A stretch of DNA of 64,000 bases from the NCBI GenBank assembly GCA_964016885.1, contig OZ024753.1, positions 18,228,001 through 18,292,000 on the forward strand. The letters run 5' to 3'. This document shows positions 12,693-27,183 of this stretch, in pieces. The notes beneath the pieces are model-generated. The model was not told the origin of the DNA. It worked only from the letters and a program-made list of their open reading frames with translations, and searched no databases. Source of the DNA: Eledone cirrhosa (taxonomy: Eukaryota). Both the position numbers and the translations under genes were made by a program. Position 1 is the stretch's first letter, and each line of letters begins with the position of its first letter.

Positions 12693-13300
12693 GTCAGGTA
12701 ATCAGTTGGTGCTACTGGTAACATGTATCCCAGTACAACCTGTCTCATGGTCGGGTCGTTGGCGACTAAACTGGCAACCTCACCAAGGTTTCTTGGTGAG
12801 GAGGGTGACTTTGGACATCCTGCAGGACTAAAATCAAAACTTGTCAAAGGGCAAAGGAGCTCTTAAGAGTCAATGGCCATCCAAAATCACCGGGAGAGAT
12901 GACCCCTTAGCCTTTGTCAAGGCAGAATTCTAGGAGAAGGAAAACTCGGATATAACACCTGCAACACTGATGGTATCCAATGATGTTGAATTGTTCTTCT
13001 TTTTGGTAAATATCATCTTCGTTAAGAGAGTGGGACTGGCTTTGTGCAGTGCCTTTGCTCACTATAAAAGCTTCACGGCACAGGCATTGCTTTATATCTG
13101 GAGATCTATCTGCACTTGTCGTCACATGGTACCATGGGCCCAGCACTATGTGTCAATAATTGTCACAGGTATAGTGTTTGTACCAGAGTTTTCAAGTTGC
13201 TGGCTGGACTAAAAAGTCACACTCGTTCAGCGCATCGGTAGGGGTTCTCCTACATGGATATAAAGTAGTGGCCGTACTCGAAAACGAGTTGACAGCCACC
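12693..13300 (+). mobile_element. ~600 bp interspersed repeat, probably non-autonomous and LINE-5'UTR-derived
   Basis: High-identity copy with the same boundaries at 35344-35943 (minus); ggcgactaaac and ctaggagaaggaaaactc motifs recall RTE 5' UTRs. Confidence 0.75.
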
Positions 13301-13664
13301 ATATATATATATACTTATATGGAAGGCCTCATATAATACATATTTACATATGCGTAATGCATTTCCGTGTATGTGAATTCACGTGTCTTTCGGTAAGAGG
13401 GAAAAAATGCATCTAAATATATTACGTAATGAAAACAAAAGAGAATTTGGATTATTAGTGTTAACAAACATGTCAGCCAAATATTCCTGATTGGTTTTTA
13501 ATAACGGAAGTCATGCAACTCTAACAAAGTTTTCCTTACAATCAGGCATTCCGAATACATTGGTTGTCGTGGAAACTACACTGTTCACTTTATCTTATGG
13601 CGTTGCTCAATTAATGGTGATACATTATTTCAGTGTACATATGTATGGCATGAGCAACGTTTTC

Positions 13665-13778
<114 letters not shown>

Positions 13779-13941
13779 TTATATTGACACCAGTAAAACA
13801 AATGTACACAAATATATTCAGAAACACAGACACAGATACGGTCAAACACACACGCACACACACACACATATATATACATTTATATATACATTTATATATA
13901 TATATGTATATAATATATATATATATGTATAACATGTGTGT

Positions 13942-13991
<50 letters not shown>

Positions 13992-14544
13992 GTATATATA
14001 TGGACATATATATATATATTTATACCTATATGTTTGTGTCTGTGTATGTGTGTGTGTATATATATAGTTATGTATATTGATGCAAAGAAATAGCAAACTG
14101 TTAAGTCCAACAGCGTGTTACAAGTATTTGAAGATTTGATATAACTTACTCTGTATCCATGAGAAATAGTTACATATCCAGACAAAAGTTTATACTTGCA
14201 ATAAACTAACTTTATGATATAAGCTACCACAGAATACTTTCCAACTCTCTTGCAATTCCTAGATTGAGGTACAGATTATGGGCACACGCACACATGCACA
14301 TACACACATACATGCACACACACACATACATACACACACACATAGACACAGACACATACACACACATACATATAGATACACACACATACACGCATACACA
14401 CACACACACAGATACACACATACGCATACACACATATACACACACACATACACATAGACACACACACACATACACACATATACAAACACATGAACACACA
14501 CACACGCATACATACACACACACACACAGTGTTCGATCTGTGTA

Positions 14545-15135
14545 TTAATGGGGATTATCATTTTTAAATGAATGTACATGGTTATACCAACCTTTCTTAA
14601 AGACATTAGAGTGCTCCTATATATTTTGCTCTATGTTCATTTGTGTTGATTTCACATTGGTATACAATGTTGTACATACATATATTCTGTATTGGACAGT
14701 TTTCAGGTGATGGACAGTTCCATCTTATTTCCTTTGTATGGGTTGGTTACTTATTGTTGTTATTAGGTATGTGAATAGGCTGTGATAGATTTAGTACCTT
14801 ATTTATAGGTTTAACTATCCTGGGTCCATATATATGTGTTGGTTGGGAGCTTTCCCTGGGGCTCCTCTTATCACTTGTATCATGTTCAGTATCATGGTTC
14901 CTTAAGTGTTTCTTATTTAATTTGTTTATGTAAGGTTTTAGGTTTTCAGAAGTTGTGTAAGATAACCTAATAGGGTTTCTATCTTCTGGTATTTATGTGA
15001 TTGAGGGAAATATTAATTACGTCAAAGAAGATGGCGGGGAGTTTGGATTTGACTGCAATGTTGATATACTGGGTTATACCAGAAATATGTTTTGTTTCTA
15101 GTTTTTTGTGATGCTATCTTTTGTGGGTCTTTCAT
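14545..15135 (-). pseudogene. Decayed Naiad-like PLE thumb/linker/GIY-YIG fragment
   Basis: RNKTYFWYNP..FPQSHKY..IRLSYTTSENL..(W)NCPSPENCPIQNIC..NIVYQCEI..KYIGA..WYNHVHSF, with frameshifts. Confidence 0.75.
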
Positions 15136-15199
15136 GGTGTTTATGTAAATACACTCCCACACATAAACATATACACACACACACACACACTCACATGGG

Positions 15200-15234
<35 letters not shown>

Positions 15235-15607
15235 TGGAAAATACGTGAAATCCTTGGTACAGTTAGGTATATTTAAAAAATAGGAAAAAAATGACTTCAC
15301 TTGTAGTTCTAAATAATTTGATTAAATTTTATAATATTATGATTTTACAATCTATTTTGTAGATCTACAAAACCAAACGTGTTAATTCCTCCTCCACCTT
15401 ACTACGAACGCGTCGTCAAGAAGCAATCCTATTTTCAGAGGGGTCTCTTGATAATCCGTATCAACCTCACACTGACGATGCATTTTTATAGTGCAGACAA
15501 CGTAGCACGCGGATCAACGAATCTGTAGTCGGATCTTTGAAGAAAAAATAGGCATATTTCTGTGTATTATTTTCTCATAATTGGTAATTTGATATATATA
15601 TATAAAA

Positions 15608-15817
15608 TAGGGTCGGCTGAAAACTTCACAGGCTGAATATGAAGTATTGATGCTAGAGCTGTGAAATTTTGTGTGCATCAATTTCAACTCTTATGATTAA
15701 TATCTGCATTGGTTCCTTACAGAGATTATGTTGAAAAATAAAGCTCATCTGATCAGTCCATGACAGTATCTTGGTCAGCCTATGAACTTTTCAAATTATG
15801 AACATTTCAGCCGATAT
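15608..15817. mobile_element. Tc1/mariner-like MITE (~200 bp)
   Basis: Terminal inverted repeats gtcggctgaaaacttcacaggctga / tcagcctatgaacttttca..ttcagccga, with a small duplication in the right repeat. Confidence 0.6.
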
Positions 15818-15873
15818 TTTCGTACATAGTTGCTACAAAACCTTCTCAGTATCATTATGATTAGGTCTTTTGG

Positions 15874-16332
15874 GGTGGTGGATTGGCAGAATTGGTAGAG
15901 GGTTGAACGCCATGTTTTGCAGCATAGAGTTACGGCGCTTTACGGTTTGAGTTCAAATCCCGCCGAGGTTAGCTTTGCCTTTCATCCTTACAGGGTCGAT
16001 TAAATAAAGCACCAGTAACGTAGTGGGGTCGATTTAATCGACTTTCTCCTCCACCCAAATTAGTGACCTTGTGCCTATACTAGATATCATTATGATTAGT
16101 TCTTTCGAGGTCGGTGGATTGGAAATATCAAAAGACCATTAGAGACCATGCTTTGTGGTACAGAGTTGCGGCTATTTACGTTCTGAATTCAAATCCCGCT
16201 GCTGCTAAATTTGCCTTTCATCCTTACAGAGTCGGTAAAATAAAGCACCAGTAATGTACAGGTGTCGATTTAATCGACTTTCCCCTCTTCCCCTAACATT
16301 TCTGGCCGTGTGGCTATGGTAGAAACAATTAT
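15874..16332 (+). mobile_element. Two tandem SINE family A copies (15874-16090, 16110-16332)
   Basis: A and B boxes and core in each; attatgattag(g/t)tcttt occurs before, between and after them. Confidence 0.9.
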
Positions 16333-16756
16333 GATTAGTTCTTTTAGCCATATCAATAAAGAGTATATTGTTAACGATTTCTAGAATATCTCATGACACC
16401 TACTTATATACTTCCCATTGTAAAGCTGCTCGCTACTCGATGTCTTTTGGATGGAAAGTAACAATGATTCGGTGACTTTCTATATTGTTGAATGTACTTA
16501 TAACATGGTTGGAGTGATTTATAATGATATTGTGTGTACGGTGGGTGCAATGACTGTGTACTTTATATATTTTCGTGTATAGTTTGTTTTTATTCGCATG
16601 ATATTTGGTTCTGCCTGCAATACCTAAATTATATGTAGATTTGCTGTCAGATTTTAATATTTTATTTTTGTGCGACATGAAACCATCTTCCATCTTTTCC
16701 CAGAAGCTGCAGAATTTTCAATGTCCTCTCGACAGATAAAGATTAGCTTATTTCCA

Positions 16757-16835
<79 letters not shown>

Positions 16836-16880
16836 ATGAAATACTGTTAGCTTCTCGCTAAAACAATTTCTATACCTTTC

Positions 16881-16936
<56 letters not shown>

Positions 16937-17495
16937 GGAAGCAGAAAATTGCTTTTTGTGATCCAGTTCGTGGCTAAGAAAGCCAGTTTCATGGATGGTT
17001 TCAACGTACGGTTAGGGGTAACTCCACAAGTTTGTAAGAATTCCGTTCATTCTTAGAGTATAAAGTATAAAAGAGAAAACACAGGTAAGCATTAAGAGAA
17101 GGATTTTATCCAGGTATTTACGACCGTTTCATTGGTAAGTGCAAACATATATTGCTATACTGCAAATAGCAGCCACTCAATTATAATTGTTGTACACAGT
17201 CCAAATTTTCAAAATGTGAGTAAGTTACTCTTGAAATAGTTCTTAATATTTAGAGAAAAATATTTATTTGGAATTGTATTTACTAGTATAGAGAGAGAGG
17301 AATCAGAAGGTGAGGGGGAAAACGGAATAGTATAGAGAGAGGGGCAGAGGGAAGAGTTAGGAAGTAGAGAGACAAACTGTGATGGAGGGTGGGGTAGAGG
17401 TGGAAGGAGTCCTTCATCAGTTTTGATATGTAGACTTCATGTCGTGGAATATAGTGAGTTAAAGAGAATTAAATTGATCATAGTGGGAGGGATGG

Positions 17496-17526
<31 letters not shown>

Positions 17527-17639
17527 TTAGTATATCTACTAACATATGCGTACAGATGTACACTAATGCTAGCAAATACATAAGTTATGTCATAGTACCT
17601 AGGTGGTTCAATGCAGGAGGATGCAGAACAATAATATGT

Positions 17640-17915
17640 AAGACGTAAAATGAGAAAATTTTAAAAAATAATTCAAAAAATTAACTTACTTACTAAAATT
17701 TTCACTCCAACTAATTAGTTTCTGTAATGGGATAAAGACAGTTACGTAATATGACCGTCGAGAATTCATTACGTCATCCATGACGTAATGAATTCTCGAC
17801 GGTCACATTACGTAACTGTCTTTATCCCATTACAGAAACTAATTAGTTGGAGTGAAAATTTTAGTAAGTTAATTTTTTTAATTTTTTTTTTTAATTTTCT
17901 TATATTACGTCTTTC
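17640..17915. repeat. Nested palindrome (~135 bp arms, 2-nt loop at 17778-17779) inside the left arm's (TA)n
   Basis: gaattcattacgtcat-cc-atgacgtaatgaattc; 3' half-HHR GAAA-ctaattag-TT-ggag; relative at 33719-33853. Confidence 0.9.
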
Positions 17916-18000
<85 letters not shown>

Positions 18001-18282
18001 GGGAGAGAGAGAGAGGGGGAGATATAAAGAGATAAATATATATATAAAAAATAAAGATAAAGATAATAATGACAAAAATAAAAGCAAAGATGGGGGAAAA
18101 AGAAGAAAAGAAAAGAAAGCCAAAAAGGGGAGGGTAGGAAGGAAGAAAACGAAGAAATAGAAGAGGAATGAAGGAGAAGGTGGGGATATAGGTATTGGTT
18201 TTGTGGGTAATTAAAAGGGTTTAGATACAACAGGAGGGTATAAAGTCTAAGTATATGCAGTTTGTCAGTTGGTAGTAAGAGG

Positions 18283-18771
18283 TTAAGGGTTCGATTTGCA
18301 CTTGTAGTGCGAAAACTTCTCTTTGAGTCTATGGTTACAATACATTGATCTTTCGATTTTATTGTTGATTAACTCATTCTTCGACCCCAAAATGTAGAAC
18401 AGCTCAAGGTCGCATTATCGACAGCTTCTCATACCACTCCGATATGGGGGCGCGTTGGACATTTTTTTCCACTTCACTGTGTATTGTTCGTTACTTTCCC
18501 TCAGTTGCCAGGTCTTGTTTGCAAGAGTAGTTACATAACGATGCTGGGAATGTTTCATTGCGTAACGGTGTGTATACCAACATGCTTAAAATGTATTCCC
18601 AGTTGCTCCGATGTAACACGATTTCTGGTTTTCTGATTCTACTGTGCATTGGTAAACCAGGTTAGACTGCATACATTCATTATGTAATGGACAGGTTTCA
18701 GGTAGGTGGCAGTTACAATTCTTGTCATGGGCAACTTTGGCATTATATGGTGGGATGCGATGCCTGAACAA
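18283..18771 (-). pseudogene. Naiad-like PLE GIY-YIG fragment
   Basis: NCNCHLPETCPLHNEC..NLVYQCTV..YIGATGNTF / WYTH..TTLA..W.L..VKW..PY..SCR*C..E..YCNHR. Confidence 0.85.
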
Positions 18772-19546
18772 GTGTGTTACGTTTTGTTTGCCTATTAGCG
18801 GGTGGTCTGTATTAGATATTCTGTTGTGTTCAATGGTGATTGTATTGTTATTGTTGTAAATTTGTGTTCTGGTGTTGTATCTAAACCCTTTTAATTACCT
18901 ACAAAAAACCAATACCTATACCCCCCCCCCTTCTCCTACATTATCCTTCTATTTCTTCTTTTTCTTCCTTCCTTCCATCACCTCTTTGGCTATCTTTCCT
19001 TTTCTTCTTTCTCCCCCCTTCTTTGCTTTTATTTTTCTCATTATTATCGTTATCTTTATTTTTTATACATATATTTATCTCTTTATATCTCCTCTCTCTC
19101 TCTCACTCTCTATCCATCCCTCCCACTATGATCAATTTAATTCTCTTTAACTCACTACATTCCACGACATGAAGTCTACATATGAAAACTGATGAAGGAA
19201 TCCTTCCACCGCTACCCCTCCCTCCATCTCAGTTTGCCACTCTACTTCCTAACGCTTCCCCCTTCTACTCTCTCTATACTATTCCGTTTGTCCCCTCACC
19301 TTCTGATTCCTCACTCTCTCTATACTAGTAAATACAATTCCCCAAAAATGTTTTTCTCTATATATTAAGAACTATTTCAAGAGTAATTTACTCACTATTT
19401 TGAAAATTTGGACTGTGAACAACAATTATAATCGAGTGGCTGCTATTTGCAGTATAGCAATATAAGGTCGCACTTACAAATGAAACGGTCGTAAATACCT
19501 GGATAAAATCCTTCTCTTAATGCTTACCTGTGTTTTCTCTTTTATA

Positions 19547-19656
<110 letters not shown>

Positions 19657-20006
19657 CGAAGGAGTTGTGGTAAGGAACAAGATGGACCATGACGTACCAG
19701 AGTATATGTTTAACCCGGGTGCAAACGGGGGTAAACACAGTAAGTAATGTACTCGATACATAGCAGAGTATAAATACTTCATATAGAAATAGTTTCTACA
19801 AGACTAGAAATGTTTCATTCGGGAGAGATGATCAGGCAGCCGGCCGTCCAACTAATGTCGTCGTATATATATATATTGTTTTAATGTGATTGCTATTTAG
19901 TTTTTCATTTCAGTTTAACATTTCGAACAATATCTGTGAATGTTGTCTTCATTTATTCTGAGAACTGATTATTAATGGATAAATACGTCGTATTCCTTGA
20001 AAAATG

Positions 20007-20035
<29 letters not shown>

Positions 20036-20042
<7 letters not shown>

Positions 20043-20770
20043 TAAAGTGGTCTTTCATCAGTGATCTTCCAACCATCATCGGTATTTCTTCTCTTTAAAG
20101 ACCATATACCTCCGGTTGGTGCGAGCAATGGCTAAAGAAAGTCGTTGGGACATGTAAATAAAGGGAACAGCGAGAGTGTAAACAAACAAAGATGGTGAAG
20201 CAACGAAAAGTGAGGAAGAGCGAGTCAAGTCCAAACATTTCTATGAATATAATTTCGTTGAAATCGTGAACGAGAGAGAATAAAGACCATCAAACCTGGT
20301 TGAAATGTGAGCAAGGAAGGAATTTCGCACAGGTCTAACGGGAGGAAGAAGGGGTCTAGTCTGCGAATTCGGTAAACATAAGTTCTGTGAAATCGTAGAC
20401 GAGAGAGAGAAAAAATGCCGCCCGGCCTGGCCAAGCGTGCGAAAGAAAAGAATTACGCACAGGTCAAACGGGATGAGGGAGGAGGAGGAGAGGTAATAAC
20501 AGAGAGTGAGCGAGTGAAGGGTGAGGAAGAGGCTAACAGAGAGAGTGACTGTTAGAGAGGGTAAATATACAGAGAAAGAGGAAGCAGTAAGAACGAAATA
20601 GACGGGTCACAGCGGGGGGGGGGGTAATATGTGTAAATATGAGAATAAACGTGCTGCGGAGTTGCAAATGGGTTGCATATGAATAAAGTGGTCCTTCATC
20701 AGTGATCTTCCAACCATCATCGGTATTACTTCGCGAGTTTTCTTTTAATGTATTATAACTTTCCGGTTTG
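20036..20770. mobile_element. Non-coding element with ~55-80 bp direct terminal repeats and an internal ~100 bp duplication
   Basis: atgaataaagtggtc(t/c)ttcatcagtgatcttccaaccatcatcggtatt at 20038 and 20679. Confidence 0.6.
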
Positions 20771-20784
20771 TTGGTTGTTCGATA

Positions 20785-21030
20785 GAATAAAGAAGAGGCA
20801 CACAAAATAAAAACCTAGGCACTGAGGAGGTCACAGAATGTGTGATGAAAGAGCTTTGCCAATATATAAACAACCTTCCAGTTATCGAACTAACCAACCA
20901 ACCGGAAAGGTATAATAAATTGAAGTTAAAACTTGGTGCGTGTCATGGTATTGGTGGCATAATAGTATAGCAATATCTATTTCAACACCCGTTTTCAGAT
21001 CATAAATCTTGCAAAACAAATTCACAAACG

Positions 21031-21035
<5 letters not shown>
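20785..21035 (+). mobile_element. Solo pLTR of the 1-935 family with HHR at 20818-20860
   Basis: ggca-CTGAGGA-g-gtcaca/tgtgat-GAAA-gagc-TT-tgcc followed by the same terminus and (TA)n. Confidence 0.8.
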
Positions 21036-21089
<54 letters not shown>

Positions 21090-21131
21090 TTGTATCTATT
21101 TGTATCAGTTTAGTTCTATTATATTAGTACT

Positions 21132-21470
21132 GTAATTAGTAGACACTGTTCAATAGCATACACAGAAATATATTTACAAAAACTGCAAAGTGTCTCGACA
21201 CATTGTAGCTCGAATATTATTATAGAATATCTACCTTTTATCCTTACGGGGCCAATAAAATAAGGTACCAGTAATGCACTGGGACAATTGCTGGCCTTGT
21301 GCCAAAAATAGAAACAATTATTATAGAATATCTACTCGCTATCTAAGGATAAATTAGCTAAAGAGTAGATATTCCATAATGATAATAGAGCTACAGAAAT
21401 GTTGTGACACTTGGCAGGTTTCGTAAATATATTTCTGGGTATGCTATTCTATAGAGTCTACTAATTACAA
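21132..21470. repeat. Diverged inverted repeat (~100 bp arms) with a SINE A 3' fragment at 21235-21320
   Basis: gtaattagtagac... / ...gtctactaattac; SINE fragment flanked by duplicated attattatagaatatctac. Confidence 0.75.
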
Positions 21471-23084
21471 TAGTTGTTCCCCCAGTTTTCCTGTCCAATC
21501 ATGCTAATTGGCTTAACATATAATTGACAGTATTATATCTATTAACTATTACTTGAACAACTCAGTTATTGATGCTAATTAGTTTGCTTTAGATATTTAA
21601 CTCTGTATTACGTATCGATCTAATGCGTATAATATGTTTTGTTTTCCTTCATTATCAGGTGTATATTATCTACTCTACCCACTTTATTAGTTCTACGTAT
21701 TCTTATGTCTACATTGCTTTCATCAACGTATCTCTTTTCTTTACTGATAGCAAGTAATTATTGCATCCTTAATTACTCTCGTTTCAAGGATATCAGGCAG
21801 TGATTTCCTATATTTAACTTAACATCAATTTTCTCCTCAATCTGTGTAATCTCTGTTAGGTTTTTGAGGTAGTTCCTTGTAAATCTGGTTGGTTCTTACA
21901 CAAAACAGGTTTGCTTTCTATCACATTACATATCGGTTATATATGTTTACGCAAAGCAAAAAGAAGTGGGAATATCTTCTATGAGAGTTTCATTTACAGA
22001 AATGATCTTGTGTTTCACGTGTCTCAATCTGTATGGTTATAAGTTGTTTGTTTTGGGGGCTTCTTGCTGCGTGTCTCTAGTATATGTATAATTTTATATT
22101 CATTTGGGAATTTCTGTTGGTTTCATCAAGCAATGAAAGTGTATTCTTCGTTCTTTTTAATTCTCTATATTTTTGTTTCCAAGTTGTTTGAGTGAGTTTA
22201 CATATTTCTATATGAAGCGTTTGTGAGGCTGCTTATTTTCCTTTTTTACACCTGGTATACATTTCACTCTAAATTCCCTCACCCTGGACTTTCTTGATAC
22301 ATTTCCTCAATGTTTTCAAATTGTTTCCTAAAAATGTTCTATCAATACTTCTGGATATAGTCTAGACATAGTTTCTGGTGTGAGGGAAGGACTATGTTAC
22401 AGTATTATATTGTAAAGGGGGAAGCTCACGATTCAGATAAGGCTAATTTTTTTTTCTTTTTAGTCTATTCTCTCCATCTTTCTCTCCATCTCTTCATCTT
22501 TCTCGACAAGTCCTGCTCCATCGTTTTCATCCCAATTTCTCTCCTCTCATCCTCTTCCCTTCTCTCTCTCTATATATATAACCCTCTAATTTCTTATCTC
22601 ATACTTTGAATGTCTTACTCCCTCTCTCTCCCAGTCTCCGTTCAAATTGTGGTGATATCTTAACCGCAAAATGTTTACTATGCAAATAGTATCCAGCTGT
22701 TACAGCTACCTTTCGTGTTGAGTATATTCCAATTTAACGAATATAAAAAACACAAGTTTTCAAAACATTCTACAAGATTTTCCAAGATTATCCTCAAACT
22801 TTTCCCAAAACTTTCCACAGAAGTTTGGGTTAATATAAATATATAACTCAAATTCTCCACAAAATATTTTCAAGTCTAAAAGTTAAAAATAATTCTCTCC
22901 AAACTTTCATAAATTTACGTCAAATATTATCTAATTTTCTTCAAAATATCATTTTAATATTTTCCTCAAACGTTTCTCAAAAGGCCTAGAGAATTCTGCA
23001 GACCAGTTCAAAATACTGAGTGTCTATCATACCATAATCTTCAAGTTTCTCTTCAGCTATATTCCAAATGTCAACAGACACATT

Positions 23085-23126
23085 CACAAACACAGACACT
23101 CACACACATACACGCGCACCCACACA

Positions 23127-23176
<50 letters not shown>

Positions 23177-23368
23177 CATATACATATATACACATACATA
23201 TACATATATACACATACATACATATATACACATACCTATATACACACATATATATATATATATATACACACACATATATATATATATACATACACACATG
23301 TCACACATATATATATATATATATATACACATATATATACATATACATACATACATAAATATACATAT

Positions 23369-23409
<41 letters not shown>

Positions 23410-23525
23410 CACACATATATATATATACATATACACATACACATATATATATATATATATATATACATACGTATACATGCATACACACATACATACATAT
23501 ACATACATACACGCATATATATATA

Positions 23526-23571
<46 letters not shown>
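23085..23571. repeat. (CA)n/(TA)n compound microsatellite
   Basis: Direct reading. Confidence 0.95.
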
Positions 23572-23575
<4 letters not shown>

Positions 23576-23826
23576 TCCCTATATTAATATATTAATCGCG
23601 TAATATCTCTTAAACATTTTCAATTGACTCTGCCAGTCTGCTTTTATATTTTTATATTATTATATTATTTATTATTATAATATTAACATTTATATATCAT
23701 ATTATTTCTATGTAATGGAATTATACGTATTAATATATGTCTGATATTTAAGGTACTGTTTTATTTTGTAATATTTTGTAATATTTTATGAATGTAAACT
23801 GCATATACCTCTATATACTTATTATT

Positions 23827-23968
23827 AATTGTTTCTACTTTAGGCACAAGGCCAGCAATTACCCAGTTCATTACTGGTACTTTATTTTATCGACCCCGTA
23901 AGGATGAAAGGCAAAGTCAACCTCGGCGGGATTTGAACTCAGATCGTAAAGGGACGTAACTATGCTGT
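23827..23968 (-). mobile_element. SINE family A, 5'-truncated
   Basis: B box, core and tail. Confidence 0.9.
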
Positions 23969-24604
23969 ATTTATGTATATATATATTTTTCAACATACTC
24001 CAGTTTTATTATGATATTTTTTCTTGCCCTGTGTAAAACTTTATATACAACTTGTTGACATTAAGTGATATGTATGATGTAGTTTTGTATATTTTTGATG
24101 TCAGTATATTATTATATTATTTCTTGTATAGCTTATTTTTTGTATAGTTTATGCGCACTGTCAGGGTGATTTTTATATTATAAAGAGTATATTTATACTT
24201 ATTAAGTGTTAGTATGTGTTTGTGTAAATGTGTATATATATGGATATATATATATAACATATATTAAGCTTTATAGTTCTTATTACCCATTATATTGTAT
24301 TGTAATTCTCATATTATATTACCATGTTGTATTTAATGTATTTGTATTATACTGTAATTTCAACGTTGGTTTGACATTTTACTCACTTTCTTGCCCTATA
24401 GTCTATATTTGTAACTGCACACTTTTAGCTTTAGCATGCTTTTCCTTCATATCTCTCATAAGCTTTCATGGATATGAATTCCCTATTCTTGTGAGTTTTG
24501 GGTGGTTCTGGCCGTTAATGCTTCTTATCTGTTTTGGGACGAAACATTGTAGGCTAATAAAGAATGTTGACATATTGAAGGCTTCTTTGTCTATTTTTAT
24601 AATA

Positions 24605-25113
<509 letters not shown>

Positions 25114-25462
25114 GAAAAGTATAGAAATTATTATGAGCAAGGAGCACACACTATTTCATAATGTATACACACATATATACATATATATATACAAATAAGT
25201 ACTCATAAATATACGCATATACACAGCCTGAAAATGCAGATAGATAAGACGTACTCACATAACCATAGTGGCCGTATTTCAGGTTGAGGAGGGGTAGGGT
25301 GGGGTGAGAAGGAGGTAGAGGGGCTAAAAGGAAGAAGTCGTTTTTACTCATCGGGCATTAACACTGGCTTAAGGTATTTGAAAGTTGCACAGTTCTTGTG
25401 CATGCAGTTTGGGCAGTGTTCAGAGAGTATGTTTCGTAGCCGGCCCTTGGCGAATAAAATTT

Positions 25463-25506
<44 letters not shown>

Positions 25507-25559
25507 CGGAAAAAATGAAACGAAATTTCATTTCTCACTCTTAGTACGGCTGTTACTTA

Positions 25560-26130
25560 AATATAAGTATGTATACGTACATACATACATGTATACAGAC
25601 GTACAGTAGTATGTATATATATATATATATATACATGCACACACATATATATGTACGTATGGAATCACCGAACATTTATTATAATGTTCGGTGTGTTTGT
25701 AAACAAACATCCCAAATTAAGCCGTGCAGTGTCTAGCAACCATCGTTGCTCATTTGTTCAACACTCACAAAAGAACGCTGTACTAGTTTCAAGCTTATTA
25801 GCTATCGTCAGCAACGTATACCTTCCTGCCAGATGGTTTCGTTTTCGGTAACCCGGCCGATTAACTCACTCGATATGCAAATTAGGCTGCTCACCCGTTA
25901 ATATGCATAAGGAAAGTATATACTTTCAGACGTTCAACCATCTGGCAGGAAGGTTTACGTTGCTGATGATAGCTACTAAGCTTTAAAGTAGTACCGTATT
26001 CCTTTGTCAGTGTTGAACAAATGAGCAACGATGGTTGCTAGACACTGCATGGCTTAATTCGGGATGTTTGTTTACAAACACACCGAGCATTATAATAAAT
26101 GTTCGGTGTATCCATACGTACATATATATG

Positions 26131-26186
<56 letters not shown>

Positions 26187-26224
26187 CTACTGTACGTCTG
26201 TATACATGTATGTATGTATACATA

Positions 26225-26232
<8 letters not shown>
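25560..26232. mobile_element. Fold-back element (arms 25560-25838 and 25936-26232) with an HHR in each arm
   Basis: Reverse-complement arms, including a shared internal (TA)n. Confidence 0.9.
25775..25817 (-). ncRNA. Minimal type I HHR with canonical core
   Basis: acgttg-CTGACGA-t-agct/agct-t-GAAA-ctag-TA-cagcgt; GUA cleavage triplet. Confidence 0.85.
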
Positions 26233-26285
<53 letters not shown>

Positions 26286-27000
26286 TATATATATATAACG
26301 ATATATATTTAAGAGTTAAACAAGATTCAATGAATACATCAAGGAATGAGTTTTACAATAGTTTGGAAGCACTCTACAAAGATATTTTCCAGAGTTATTA
26401 ATATTAAATCAAAATATTAACAAAATGATCAATTATATTTTATTATACATATGATCAATTATATTTTATTATACATATTTCAGAGTCACTGAGTTAACTT
26501 CAACAGTACGTCCTCATTAGATAAAATAAAATGATACATGACATACTCTGACATGGTAGATGGTTAAGATTTAATCAAGGTAGTGATTAACTTATGACAA
26601 AACTCAATATCTATACCTTAATATTCAGAACATTAGATAACGTAATACAAACAATAGAGAGAGTGCGTGTAATAGATTTTAAGTAATACATGGCATCAGT
26701 ATAACAGTTGTAAAATATTTAATTTTTGAAAACTACTTGAGAAAGAGGAGGGAAAAGAAAGCATAGAGGAAGAAACAGCTGATGTGATAATATATTTAGT
26801 ATGTGGCTTGAGAAAACAGATGAAAAATGATTAAAGAGAGAGAGAGAGACAAAGGGGAGTCATTTATGTTCAAGTTTCTACACACATACAGATATAGTAT
26901 AGCTGGCGGTTAATTTTCAAAATATTTAATTTATGTTATTTCAGCGTAAAGAATCAAATTTTAGGTTTTAAAAGTTAATAGGTATTTGAATTAATATTAT

Positions 27001-27183
27001 AATGGTTTCTACTTTTGGCACAAGGCCAGCAATTACCCAGTACATTACTGGTACTTTATTTTATCGACCCCGTAAGGATGAAAGGCAAAGTTAACCTCGG
27101 CGGGATTTGAACTCAGACCGTAAAGGGACGTAACTATGCTGGAAGGCATGGCGTCCGACTCTCTACTGATACTGCCAATCCAC
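27001..27183 (-). mobile_element. SINE family A
   Basis: A and B boxes, core, tail. Confidence 0.9.

Noticed and set aside
12907-13212. ~80-aa ORFs open on both strands in both copies of the 600-bp repeat
   Set aside because: No recognisable domain; retention is explained by high nucleotide identity of the copies
15874-15965. tRNA gene
   Set aside because: A and B boxes belong to SINE heads; there is no complete cloverleaf
19189-19500. CTGATGA at 19189 paired with GAAAcggtcgTA at 19482
   Set aside because: About 290 nt apart with no supporting helix I or II
21780-22400. Purine-rich minus-strand stretch resembling decayed coding sequence
   Set aside because: Many stops and no recognisable motif
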